Counted from the first letter of the stretch, positions 49,589 to 62,524 are shown. The stretch is DNA of 64,000 nucleotides from Octopus sinensis (GCF_006345805.1 NC_043005.1:99448001-99512000); one strand, 5' to 3'. Made by a program: numbers and translations. Notes: generated by a model not told the origin, from the letters alone.

Positions 49589-52500
49589 CTCTATGGTAAT
49601 GAGACATGAGCTCTGAATGCAGAAGACATGCATAGAATGCAGAGAAATGAAGGTAGTATGCTCTGTTGCATGTGCAACATCAGTACACATGTGTGGCAAA
49701 GTGCAAATGTATTGAGAGAAAAGTTGGGCATGAGAGGAATCAAATGTAGCATACAAAAGAGAAGACTGTGTTGGTTTGGACATGTGATGCGTATGAATGA
49801 AGAAAGCTGCATAAAGAAGTGCCAGTCACTGAAAGTGGATGGAACCCATGGAAGAGGGAGACCCAGGAAGATATGAGATGAAGTGGTAAAGACCAATCTC
49901 AGGATGTTGGGCCTCATGGAAGAGAGAGACCCAGGAAGATATGAGATGAAGTGGTAAGGACCAATCTCAGGATGTTGGGCCTCATGGAAGAGAGGAACCA
50001 GGAAGATATGAGATGAAGTGGTAAGGACCAATCTCAGGATGTTGGCCTCATGGAAGAGAGAGACCCAGGAAGATATGAGATGAAGTGGTAAGGACCAATC
50101 TCAGGATGTTGGGCCTCATGGAAGAGAGAGACCCAGGAAGATATGAGATGAAGTGGTAAGACCAATCTCAGGATGTTGGGCCTCATGGAAGAGAGAGACC
50201 CAGGAAGATATGAGATGAAGTGGTAAGGACCAATCTCAGGATGTTGGGCCTCATGGAAGAGAGAGACCCAGGAAGATATGAGATGAAGTGGTAAAGACCA
50301 ATCTCAGGATGTGGGCCTCATGGAAGAGAGAGACCCAGGAAGATATGAGATGAAGTGGTAAAGACCAATCTCAGGATGTGGGCCTCATGGAAGAGAGAGA
50401 CCCAGGAAGATATGAGATGAAGTGGTAAAGACCAATCTCAGGATGTTGGGCCTCATGGAAGAGAGAGAGACCAGGAAGATATGAGATGAAGTGGTAAAGA
50501 CCAATCTCAGGATGTTGGGCCTCATGGAAGAGAGAGACCCAGGAAGATATGAGATGAAGTGGTAAAGACCAATCTCAGGATGTTGGGCCTCATGGAAGAG
50601 AGAGACCCAGGAAGATATGAGATGAAGTGGTAAGGACCAATCTCAGGATGTTGGGCCTCATGGAAGAGAGAGACCCAGGAAGATATGAGATGAAGTGGTA
50701 AAGACCAATCTCAGGATGTTGGGCCTCATGGAAGAGAGAGACCCAGGAAGATATGAGATGAAGTGGTAAAGACCAATCTCAGGATGTTGGGCCTCATGGA
50801 AGAGAGAGACCCAGGAAGATATGAGATGAAGTGGTAAAGACCAATCTCGGATGTTGGGCCTCATGGAAGAGAGAGACCCAGGAAGATATGAGATGAAGTG
50901 GTAAAGACCAATCTCAGGATGTTGGGCCTCATGGAAGAGAGAGACCCAGGAAGATATGAGATGAAGTGGTAAAGACCAATCTCAGGATGTTGGGCCTCAT
51001 GGAAGAGAGAGACCCAGGAAGATATGAGATGAAGTGGTAAGGACCAATCTCAGGATGTTGGGCCTCATGGAAGAGAGAGACCAGGAAGATATGAGATGAA
51101 GTGGTAAGGACCAATCTCAGGATGTTGGGCCTCGTGGAAGAGAGAGACCCAGGAAGATATGAGATGAAGTGGTAAAGACCAATCTCAGGATGTTGGGCCT
51201 CATGGAAGAGAGAGACCCAGGAAGATATGAGATGAAGTGTAAAGACCAATCTCAGGATGTTGGGCCTCATGGAAGAGAGCGACCCAGGAAGATATGAGAT
51301 GAAGTGGTAAAGACCAATCTCAGGATGTTGGGCCTCATGGAAGAGAGAGACCCAGGAAGATATGAGATGAAGTGGTAAAGACCAATCTCAGGATGTTGGG
51401 CCTCATGGAAGAGAGAGACCCAGGAAGATATGAGATGAAGTGGTAAAGACCAATCTCAGGATGTTGGGCCTCATGGAAGAGAGAGACCCAGGAAGATATG
51501 AGATGAAGTGGTAAGGACCAATCTCAGGATGTTGGGCCTCATGGAAGAGAGAGACCAGGAAGATATGAGATGAAGTGGTAAAGACCAATCTCAGGATGTT
51601 GGGCCTCATGGAAGAGAGAGACCCAGGAAGATATGAGATGAAGTGGTAAGGACCAATCTCAGGATGTTGGGCCTCATGGAAGAGAGAGACCCAGGAAGAT
51701 ATGAGATGAAGTGGTAAAGACCAATCTCAGGATGTTGGGCCTCATGGAAGAGAGAGACCCAGGAAGATATGAGATGAAGTGGTAAAGACCAATCTCAGGA
51801 TGTTGGGCCTCATGGAAGAGAGAGACCCAGGAAGATATGAGATGAAGTGGTAAAGACCAATCTCGGGATGTTGGGCCTCATGGAAGAGAGAGACCCAGGA
51901 AGATTGAGATGAAGTGGTAAAGACCAATCTCAGGATGTTGGGCCTCATGGAAGAGAGAGACCCAGGAAGATATGAGATGAAGTGGTAAGGACCAATCTCA
52001 GGATGTTGGGCCTCATGGAAGAGAGAGACCCAGGAAGATATGAGATGAAGTGGTAAAGACCAATCTCAGGATGTTGGGCCTCATGGAAGAGAGAGACCCA
52101 GGAAGATATGAGATGAAGTGGTAAGGACCAATCTCAGGATGTTGGGCCTCATGGAAGAGAGAGACCCAGGAAGATATGAGATGAAGTGGTAAAGACCAAT
52201 CTCAGGATGTTGGGCCTCATGGAAGAGAGAGACCCAGGAAGATATGAGATGAAGTGGTAAAGACCAATCTCAGGATGTTGGGCCTCATGGAAGAGAGAGA
52301 CCCAGGAAGATATGAGATGAAGTGGTAAAGACCAATCTCAGGATGTTGGCCTCATGGAAGAGAGAGACCCAGGAAGATATGAGATGAAGTGGTAAGGACC
52401 AATCTCAGGATGTTGGGCCTCATGGAAGAGAGAGACCCAGGAAGATATGAGATGAAGTGGTAAAGACCAATCTCAGGATGTTGGGCCTCATGGAAGAGAG

Positions 52501-53115
52501 AGACCCAGGAAGATATGAGATGAAGTGGTAAAGACCAATCTCAGGATGTTGGGCCTCATGGAAGAGAGACCCAGGAAGATATGAGATGAAGTGGTAAAGA
52601 CCAATCTCAGGATGTTGGGCCTCATGGAAGAGAGAGACCCAGGAAGATATGAGATGAAGTGGTAAAGACCAATCTCAGGATGTTGGGCCTCATGGAGAGA
52701 GAGACCCAGGAAGATATGAGATGAAGTGGTAAAGACCAATCTCAGGATGTTGGGCCTCATGGAGAGAGAGACCCAGGAAGATGAGATGAAGTGGTAAGAC
52801 CAATCTCAGGATGTTGGGCCTCATGGAAGAGAGAGACCCAGGAAGATATGAGATGAAGTGGTAAAGACCAATCTCAGGATGTTGGGCCTCATGGAAGAGA
52901 GAGACCCAGGAAGATATGAGATGAAGTGGTAAAGACCAATCTCAGGATGTTGGGCCTCATGGAAGAGAGAGACCCAGGAAGATATGAGATGAAGTGGTAA
53001 AGACCAATCTCAGGATGTTGGGCCTCATGGAAGAGAGAGACCCAGGAAGATATGAGATGAAGTGGTAAAGACCAATCTCAGGATGTTGGACCTCATGGAG
53101 GAAATGACAATGGAT
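49589..53115 (+). mobile_element. RTE-clade LINE RT C-terminus, expanded by an internal satellite
   Basis: LYGNET*AL.AEDM.R.QRNE.SML..MC..RRLCWFGHVMRM..GRGRPRKI*DEVVKTNLRMLGL[array]MEEMTMD. Confidence 0.9.
49847..53099 (+). repeat. 68-bp tandem satellite, ~48 copies
   Basis: Unit CATGGAAGAGAGAGACCCAGGAAGATATGAGATGAAGTGGTAAAGACCAATCTCAGGATGTTGGGCCT; period verified at 50581 vs 50649. Confidence 0.98.
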
Positions 53116-54186
53116 GTCTGAGTTTGTGGATGTTGAGTTGTGGGGCACGGTGAAAGCATGTATCAATTAATGATGGTGGGGAGTTCCTGGTGATAAGGGT
53201 ATCTTTTAGTTCACGTAGATGTGTGTCCCCGGTGCTTGTATTAGAAACTATAGTACAAATCCTTTTTGCTAGTTTGAAAGGGATATTCATTCTAGTGTAT
53301 CTGGGGTGGCATGAGTTGTGTGGTAGACATTGCTTGGAGTCCGTGGGCTTATAGTATATATCTGTTTCTATTTTGTTGTTAGAATTCTTAATGAGGAGGA
53401 TGCTGAGGAAAGGAAGTTGTTGATGACTATATTCCATCATGAATTGAATGTTTACATCAAGTCCATTTATAAGTGCTTGAAATTCTTTAAGTCTCTCGAT
53501 ACTTTCATGCCAAAGAATGAAACAGTCATTCAGGTATCTCTTCCAGTTGTTTTCTATGTAGAGGGAGAAAGGGCTGCCATATCTTTCTAGTACCTTACGA
53601 TACACACTAATTTCTAGATATCTCATGACCAGGTTAGCAAAGGAGGTGGCCATTCTCATACCCATCGCAGTCCCTGATTTTTGTCGACAGAAGTTGTCTC
53701 TGAAGACAAAGTAGTTATTCTGCAAAATGAATTTTAGCCCTTCTATTATGAATTCTTTTTTGATGTGATGTGGGAGTTCATTGGTGTAATTCTCTTGCTG
53801 GAATTGAATTGCTTCCATTCCTAGGTTGTGGGGGATATTAGAAGAGAGGTTGACTATATCGAAGGATACTAGTAGGGTGTTTTTGTTTATAGTATTAGGT
53901 AGGTGATTGAGCATATCCGGGTCGTCCCTTATATAGCTTTTGACATGCTTGAGGAATGGTTTTAAGAGGGTGTCTAAAAAGTTACAGAAGCAGTGGGTTT
54001 TGCATGCGAGACCTGCTATTATAGGTCTCAATTTGATGTCATTAGGAGTAGGGACTTTCATTATTTTGTCTGTGGCTATCTTATTTTCTCACTTTTGTGT
54101 ATCTTAGGAATACCATTGAATTGACTGGATTTACTTTTGAAGTTGGTCATATAATTGTATTCCTTGTTGGTGAGCCCTTTTCTGTC

Positions 54187-54195
<9 letters not shown>
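53110..54195 (-). mobile_element. Penelope-like reverse transcriptase pseudogene
   Basis: LRPIIAG, SFDIVNL..NIP, GTAMG, WKRYLNDCF (DD changed to ND), LPFLS, YYKPTD, SCHP; upstream frameshifted GLTNKEY..NF..GI/PKIHKS; GIY-YIG absent. Confidence 0.93.
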
Positions 54196-54249
<54 letters not shown>

Positions 54250-54295
54250 AATTTGTATATATATATATATATATGGAATTTGTATCCTTGTGGTA

Positions 54296-54748
54296 CCAGT
54301 GCCGGTGGCACATAAGAAAACCATCCGAACGTGATCGTAGCCAGTACCGCAATGACTGGCCTCCGTGCTGAGGGCACATAACAAACACCATCCGAGCGTG
54401 GCTGTCCGCCAGCCCCGTCTGGCACCTGTGTCGGTGACACATAAGAAAACACCATCCGAGCGTGGCCGTCAGCCAGCCTCGTCTGGCACCTGTGTCGGTG
54501 GCACATAAAAAAAAAACACCATCCGAGCGTGGCCGTCTGCCAGCCTCGTCTGGCACCTGTGTCGGTGCACATAAAATCACCCACTACACTCTCGGAGTGG
54601 TTGGCGTTAGGAAGGGCATCCAGCTGTAGAAACACTGCCAGATCTGACTGGCCTGGTGCAGCCTTCGGGCTTGCCAGACCCCAGTTGAACCGTCCAACCC
54701 ATGCTAGCATGGAAAGCGGACGTTAAACGATGATGATGATGATGATGA
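54296..54748 (+). mobile_element. RTE LINE 3'UTR with ~63-bp tandem subrepeats
   Basis: Three near-identical CACCATCCGAGCGTGG..TCTGGCACCTGTGTCGGTG units plus a diverged one; (TGA)n tail. Confidence 0.9.
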
Positions 54749-54961
54749 TATATATACACACACATACACATATAGAATAATCAAACATTAAAAATAACAA
54801 CAAAACAATGAGAGGACGTGCACATGGAATGTATTAGTTTGACACTCAGTAAAGGTGGAAAAAGAAAAGGATTTTGACATTTTGAGCAGAGCTCTTCATG
54901 AGAATAGAAAACGGAAAAGTCCGGAGATGGAAAAATATCACCGACAGCATGTGTAGTGAGA

Positions 54962-55002
54962 CTGATAGATAGATAGAAATATAGACTGATAGAGGATAGA
55001 TG

Positions 55003-55065
<63 letters not shown>

Positions 55066-55107
55066 GGATGGATGGATGGATGGATGGATGGATGGATACA
55101 TATGTTT

Positions 55108-55140
<33 letters not shown>

Positions 55141-55145
55141 AAGAA

Positions 55146-55179
<34 letters not shown>

Positions 55180-55180
55180 T
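54962..55180. repeat. (GATA)n(GGAT)n(GA)n compound microsatellite
   Basis: Direct inspection. Confidence 0.95.
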
Positions 55181-55434
55181 AGTAGAAAATATGAAATGCA
55201 AATAATGGAGAAACAAAATGAGTTTTAGAGATGTTGGGAATTCATTCTAGATTGTTTGAGAATGTTACATGTTGTACAATGGTGTGTGGAGAGACAAAAA
55301 AAAAATAATCTCTTCTTTTTCTTTAGCTCCAAAGTAAATTGAAATACAGGCCTTTAAAACTTTTTGAGGATTTTGGAAGCAATCACTCATTTTACATTAC
55401 TTTTGTAATAGAATTCTTTGGAACAATACTGGTT

Positions 55435-55595
55435 TCAAATTTTGGCCCAAGACCAACAATTTCAGGAAGGGAGTAAGTCACTGTCATCAACCCCTGCATT
55501 CAACTGGTATTTATTTTATTGACCCTGAATGGGATGAAAAGCAAAGTTGGCTTCAGCAGATTTGAACTCAGAGTATAAAAATGGATGGAATGCCA
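55435..55595 (-). mobile_element. SINE family B, diverged
   Basis: GATGAAAAGCAAAGTTGG..TTTGAACTCAGA. Confidence 0.7.
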
Positions 55596-55605
55596 GTGGC
55601 TGTTA

Positions 55606-56000
55606 GGTATGTAGCTTGCTTACCAACCACATGGTTCTGGGTTCAGTCCCACTGCGTGGCACCTTGGGCAAGTGTCTTCTACTATAGCTTTGGGATGACT
55701 AAAGCCTTGTGAGTGGATTTGGTAGACAGAAACTGAAAGAAGCCTGTCGTATATATGTGTATATAGATGTATGTGTGTTTGTGTGTGTGTGTGTGTGTGT
55801 GTCCCCATGTTTGTCCCCCCAACATTGCTTGACAACCGATGCTGGTGTGTTTACGTCCCTGTAACTTAGCAGTTTGGCAAAAGAGACCGATAGAATAAGT
55901 ACTAGGCTTACAAAGAATAAGTCCTGGGGTCGATTTGCTCGACTAAAGGCAGTGCTCCAGCATGGCCACAGTCAAATGACTGAAACAAGTAAAAGAGTAA
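55606..56000 (+). mobile_element. SINE family A, full length
   Basis: Head and tail motifs. Confidence 0.9.
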
Positions 56001-56447
56001 ACACTTTTCCTGGCGAGCTAATTATTCTACCAGCTTGCCACCATATTCTTTGGAACAAGCTATGTTGAGAATTAGAGAGAATTATAGCTGTGTGCAGTTC
56101 TAGTGTAACAGAAGATTCAGTTGGAAAGTGATTTTGTCTGCAGAGTTCTCTTGTGTCTAACGACAAAAATAAGTTACATTTTGTAAAAAGACTAATTAAC
56201 TGTCAATAGCTAAAATATAGTGACACAGCTGAAAGTGGTGGAGCTACTGGAAGGCTGATGAACATTCCACTTACACCTACAAATTAATTAAAAGCCCCCT
56301 CTCACAGTTATAGTTTATGGAAAACAAGAATAGTTCTGGTAGGATAACTAAACCTAGATATCATGTATGGAGATCTTGAAGGTTAACAGGTCCCCAATCA
56401 AAGATAAAATCTGTAGGAATCTCCCACACAGTACAATATTATTTATA

Positions 56448-57130
56448 TTGGTTTCAAATTTTGGTACAAGACCAGAAAATTGAGAGGAGGGGGTTTAAGT
56501 CAATTACATTGATCCCAGTATTGCACAGGTACTTATGTCATCGATCCTGAAAGGATAAAAGCCAAAGTTGACATTGACAGAATTTGAACTCAGAACGTAA
56601 AGATGGATAAAACACCACAAAGCATTTTGCATAGTGTGCTAATGATTCTGCCAGCTCACCACCTAACAATATTGCTTATATTAACAAAGTGGCAAGCTGG
56701 CAGACATGTTAGCATGCTGGACAAAATGCTTTTTGGTATTTCTTCTGTCTTTACGTTCTGAGTTCAAATTCTGCTGATGTTGACTTTGCCTTTCATCCTT
56801 TTGGGGTCGATCAATTAAGTACCAGTTGCATACTAGGGGTTGATCTAATCAACTGGCTCCTCCCCCAAAATTTCGGGCCTTGTGCCTAGAATAGAAAACA
56901 ACATAACTACATTTTAAGGTGGCAAGCTGGCAGAAACGTTAGCACGTTGGACAAAATGCTTACAGGTATTTCGTCTGTCTTCACATTCTCAGTTCATATT
57001 CTGCTGATATCATCTTTGCCTTTCATGCTTTCGGGGTTGATAAATTAAGTACCAGTTCTGTACTGGGGTCAATCTAATTGACTGGACCCTTGCCCAAAAA
57101 TTTTGGGCCATATGCGTAGTATAGAAGAGA
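56448..57130. mobile_element. Cluster of three family B SINEs: 56448-56665 (-), 56685-56900 (+), 56915-57130 (+)
   Basis: CTGCCAGCTC..spacer..AGCTGGCAG head-to-head junction, then a tandem copy. Confidence 0.85.
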
Positions 57131-57374
57131 ATATTACTTATATTAGCATGAGATCCCCAATTGACAAATGCATGGGAATTATAGATTGTTTCAATCGATT
57201 CCTACTAAACAGTGTGTATAACTGGAGGAATGAAAGCTAGGATTTGAACTCAGAATCTCAAGGGATGTAAATAAACACAATAAATCTTTCCATTTTAACA
57301 TCTTTTAAGATTCTGTATGCACACACAAATTGCAAATACACATACATATATTATATACACACACATAAATATGC

Positions 57375-57520
57375 GTTAGGATGGGCATCCAGCTGTAGAA
57401 ACACTGCCAGATCTGACTGGCCTGGTGCAGCCTTTGGGCTCCCCAGACCCCAGTTGAACCGTCCAACCCATGCTAGCATGGAAAGCGGACGTTAAATGAT
57501 GATGATGATGATGATGATGA
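57375..57520 (+). mobile_element. RTE LINE extreme 3' end
   Basis: Near-identical to 54605-54748. Confidence 0.85.
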
Positions 57521-57547
57521 TATATATATGTATGTATAAATATATAC

Positions 57548-57583
<36 letters not shown>

Positions 57584-57645
57584 ATATATATATATATATG
57601 TATGTATAAATATATACATATGTATATATATATATGTATGTATAA

Positions 57646-57684
<39 letters not shown>

Positions 57685-57732
57685 GTATGTATAAATATAT
57701 ACATATGTATATATATATGTATAAATATATAC

Positions 57733-57763
<31 letters not shown>

Positions 57764-58675
57764 CATACATAACTTATACACATACACACACACACCACAC
57801 ACACACACACATACTTATATACATGTGTGTGTTTAATGTATAAAGACAATGATATCCACATAAACCACCATAGTTGGAAATCGATATTTTGGTAAATTCT
57901 GGCTGTCCATCACTTCAGTTTGCAGACCCCTATTTCATTTCTCCACCTCTCTTTCTCTCTCTTTAACAATTTATCTGCCTTTTTATCTTCACATTTACTC
58001 TGTTCTCTCTCTCTCTCTCTATTCGTCTACTCTTCCATCTCTCTATCTTTTTCTTTCTCATCCAATACTAATTTATCTGTCTATCACTCTCTCTTTCTCC
58101 CACACAGACTATCTGTCCGATTCTTTCCTTTGGAATACGTCTGTATGTCTCTCAATCCAATCAGTAGTATTATTTCTATAAATAAATTAATTTTAGATTT
58201 CCTTTCGTGTGTGTATGTATGTATATGTGTGAGAGTATATATGTACATGTGTATGTGTGTGTATCTGCATGTATGTATTTTTTTTTTAGCTGTTTGAGGA
58301 TGATTTACTCTGACTGACGAAAACTACCACTCACACACACATGTACACACACACACAGTATCACAGTCTACATCAGTCTAAATCATGCTTTCCAAAACAT
58401 AATGGAATTTTGTGATCTATAAAGACAGTGCCAGCTACAGGGATATTCAATTTATTTTTAGAACTGAAATGGACGGCAGTAAAATATCTTTGACAGTTTC
58501 TGTTTACGAATGACACCAAAACCTATTATGATTATGGCAGGTGGAAGCTCCTTAGTCGTTGAGGAATATTGCAAGAATCATTTGGAGTCCAAATAGAAAT
58601 TTCACGCACTGCTGAAACTTGCTGAATAATGTATTTGATCTTCCACCTGAAACTTATCTGGCTTTAAGCCAGTCA

Positions 58676-58720
<45 letters not shown>

Positions 58721-58884
58721 GTGTGTGTGTATTATATATGTATATATATATGCATGTATGTATATATAAATATATTCAAAGATATATATATATATATATA
58801 TATATTTACAAGCATACGAATATATAAGCATACCTATGTGATAGATACATAGAAATAAGTATACATATATACAAACACACACAC

Positions 58885-58939
<55 letters not shown>

Positions 58940-58987
58940 TGTGTTTATATATATATATTTATGTATGTATGTGTGTGTGTGTGAGTT

Positions 58988-59050
58988 AAAGAAGGTGTTC
59001 CTTCACAGTTATCAGAAGAGAAATTTGCTATCTTCCCCACTCATACCATG

Positions 59051-59105
<55 letters not shown>

Positions 59106-59305
59106 ATGTATATGTATATACACACACACACACACGCACTCACGCAAAGAAAGATTGATATAAATGTGATAGATATACACACATAGATGATAAATATCTA
59201 TATATATCTATATCTATATATAGATAAATAGATTTATAAATATACCTGGTGAGTGAGGAAGATGGCAATTTTTCTTCTGGTGACTGTAAAGAGACATATT
59301 CTTTT
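58988..59305. repeat. Old inverted repeat (~60-bp arms 58988-59050 and 59241-59305) around a microsatellite
   Basis: CACAGTTATCAGAAGAGAAATTTGCTATCTTCCCCACTCA vs TGAGTGAGGAAGATGGCAATTTTTCTTCTGGTGACTGT. Confidence 0.8.
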
Positions 59306-59989
59306 CCAAGGAGAGAATATATACCATTCTTCTACAACTCATGATTCTTGCAGCAATGCTTAAAATATTAAATGAAAAGGCTTTTTTTTCCCCTGCTATT
59401 TCTACATTTTGTCCCTTTATATTGTGTTTTTAACCTCAACTCTTTCATGACAGGAATTGTTTATACTGTGTTAAGCCACACTCTTTGCAATGTATTCATA
59501 ATACACAATACACCAAAGTTACAAGTTCCATGTCAGACACTATAGATTTATCTCTCTCTCTCTCTCTCTCTCTTCCTCCACTGCACATATCCAAATAGCC
59601 GGTGCCACGCCCATGTGGGCCATGAGTGATATTTTGTTTATTGGGTGAAATGATTGCAGTTGCCCTAACCAAAAAAGAAGGGGATGCACCTATGTCTGTA
59701 CCGTCCCTCCAAGACTCTGTTATATGGTACTCATAGGCAACCTCTTATACCTGTGAACTCACTGGAAAGGAACGTATGCACTCATGATTTTGCAGGCCCT
59801 TTATGACTGGCTGAGTTAACTGAAGAAAGGGAATTGTTTCATGATCTTCAAAAGCACCTCTTAGACTTGTGAACTCACTGGACTTGTAATTCATTTTATT
59901 GTCTCCACATCACTATGGTTATATTCTTTGAAATATCACATAATTTCATTGCTTCTCTGTCCTTCACAGTAGAAGTGTAAATGCCACTC

Positions 59990-60205
59990 ACTCTGCTGAA
60001 GAGAATTGGCCTCCACGAGTGCTGTGTCAGTGCTACGTAAAAGCACCCAGCACTCTGTGAAGTGTTTAGCATTAGGAAGAGCATCCAGGTGTGGAAACGA
60101 AGCCAGATCAGACTGCAACCTGGCGCAGCTCTCCAACTTGCCAGCTCTGATCAAATCATCTAACCCATGCCGGCATGGAAAACAGATGTTAAATGATGAT
60201 GATCA
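59990..60205 (+). mobile_element. RTE LINE 3' end
   Basis: AAAAGCACCCAGCAC..TTAGGAAGAGCATCC..ATGATGATGAT. Confidence 0.8.
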
Positions 60206-60574
60206 CTCATACACACGAGACAAGAAATCATGAATTTTTATTTGTTGGCATATATCTATGGATTTCGAATACTAATTTCAAGGGTGACAAGGTCAGTTCT
60301 TACCTCATCCACTGACATATGATTTGTCTTCAGGAATTTGGCATTAGTGTTGTAGTTATATATGTTGTTCCTGATTCTCAGTGGAAATATCGGTTAAGAT
60401 TATCATATTTATTCATAACACAATTAAAGACACACATCAACTACATAACTAGAAGTCACAAGTTCAGTTCTTGGTTGGATGAATAACTACATGTTGGGCC
60501 AGTCGCGTTTCTATTGTGGTTATCACTGTAAATAGTTGAAGACATTATACCTCAACTCAATGGTTGATAATGAT

Positions 60575-61010
60575 TTCAAATTCTGGTACAAAATCAGCAA
60601 GTTTGGAGGTAGGGGTAAATCAATCACATCGACCCCATTGTTCAACTGGTACTTATTTTATTGACCCTGAAATAACTGAAAGGCAAAGTGAAACTCAGCG
60701 AATTTTGAACTAAGAACATGACAACAGACAAAATGCCATGAAGCATTTTGCCCAGCAGGCAAACGATCCTGCCAGCTCATTGCCTTGTCTCCATGATCAA
60801 AAATAAAAAAAGATGGTGATGAGAACTGTGGGTAGAACATCAGACAAAATGTCTTGTGGAATTTCATTATATTTTGTTACATTCTGATTTCAAATCAAAC
60901 TGAAGTCAAGTCTAGCTTTCATTCTTTGGGGATTCATTAAAACAAAATACAATTCAGGCACTGAGGTCAATTAGACAGACTGCCCCCAATATATGGGCTT
61001 TAGCCAACAT
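60575..61010. mobile_element. Head-to-head pair of diverged family B SINEs (60575-60790 -, 60810-61010 +)
   Basis: CTGCCAGCTC head on the left copy; TTCTGATTTCAAATC and downstream motifs on the right copy. Confidence 0.65.
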
Positions 61011-61337
61011 TAAAAATCAATAAACAAAAACATATTTCTATCATATGTCCTGATGCTTCCTCAAAATATTATAAATATCCATTAACCACAGTTATCACAT
61101 GACACATAAAGAAAGGGAAATAATCAATTTATCATTTGGCCTCTGGGCAATCTTTTAATTACTTTATTAATTGAGTAGTCCATTAATTAACTGTTTAAAC
61201 TAATTTACAAAATTATAATATCACATACAACTGAAGGCATGAGGAGAAGCTCTTATTAAAAGGTGGGAGAAAAAGTGTATATACTGAGATATGTGTGTGT
61301 GTGTGTATATATGTATATACACACATATATATATATG

Positions 61338-61406
<69 letters not shown>

Positions 61407-61409
61407 ATA

Positions 61410-61463
<54 letters not shown>

Positions 61464-61899
61464 ATATATATATATGTATTTATACATATATGATATATAT
61501 TTGTATGTGTATCTGGGTGTGTACGCATTAATTATACAATCATAACCTATATAGATCCGGTGATTAACTCCGTTTTCTGCTGTCGATGTGAGAACCATTT
61601 TCCCTGGGAGCTATTGCTAGTATATCATATGTACTTTCTATGAAACATTTTCACATATTGTCTCAACATATAGGATAAAGCGTTCTGTTTAGAGACATGT
61701 CAACTCCCCCCCCCCAAAAAAACCCTAGTAAAATACTCCTAAATGATATCAACATATGCTCAATGGACTGATGCTCCACTGCATTGATCCTTCCATCATT
61801 TACTGGTGCCCAAAGCTCCTCAATAATTAATAAATAAATGTACTGCAGCTGGAGTACTTTTTATTGTAATTTGCATGCTAATTAACAGCTGGCAATAAT

Positions 61900-62298
61900 A
61901 CAAGGTGGTGAGCTGGCAGAAATGTTAGCATGCCGGGTGAAATGCTTAGCGGTATTTCATCTGCCACTACGTTCTGAGTTCAAATTCCGCCGAGGTCGAC
62001 TTTGCCATTCATCCTTTCGGGTTCGATAAATTAAGTACCAGTTATGCACTGGGGTTGATGTAATTGACTTAATCCATTTGTCTGTCCTTGTTTGTCATCT
62101 GTGTGTTTAGCTCCTTGTGGGTAGTAAAGAAATAAGTATTACACATGCCATTATGTTCTGAGTTCAAATTCCACCAAGGTCTTCACCTTTCATCCTTTTG
62201 GGGTTGATAAATTAAGTACCAGTTGCGTACTGGGGTCGATCTAATCGACTGGCCCTCCCCCAAAATTTCAGGCCTTGTGCCTAGAGTAGAGAAGAATA
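61900..62298 (+). mobile_element. SINE family B, dimeric, well preserved
   Basis: GGTGAGCTGGCAGAAATGTTAGC head, AGTTCAAATTCC B-box, two internal units, CTAGAGTAGAGAAG tail. Confidence 0.9.
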
Positions 62299-62524
62299 AT
62301 ACTTTTTCTGGTTTCAGTTATTGGACTTCAGCCATACTGGGGCACTACCTTCAAGGGTTTAGCTGAACAGATTAAACCCAGGACTTATTTTTTAAAGCTT
62401 GGTATTTATTCTGTTAGTCTCCTTTTGATGAACCACTCAGTGATGGAGAGGTAAACCATGCAACACCAGTTGCCAAGCAGTGCTTGAGGGCAAACAGAAA
62501 ACAAACATAGACACACCTACACTC

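Noticed and set aside
49847-53099. CRISPR-like array
   Set aside because: Contiguous tandem units with no unique spacers; eukaryotic LINE origin is visible
49591-53166. Repeated MRPNILRLVFTTSSHIFLG ORFs
   Set aside because: Antisense readings of a 68-bp unit that is not a multiple of 3
54296-54590. Repeat-spacer pattern GGCACATAAAA..CACC
   Set aside because: The spacers are homologous to each other and the block is part of a LINE 3'UTR
60304-60370. Minus-strand frame NNIYNYNTNAKFLKTNHMSVDE ending at GAG/GTAAGA
   Set aside because: Good donor but poor acceptor and no recognisable homology
118-61545. Dozens of Y/I/C/V/H/T-rich ORFs in the track
   Set aside because: They are translations of TA/CA/TG/TACA microsatellites, which lack stop codons in several frames
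61545-61620. Helitron-like end GCTATTGCTAGT
   Set aside because: No convincing subterminal hairpin or 5' TC boundary
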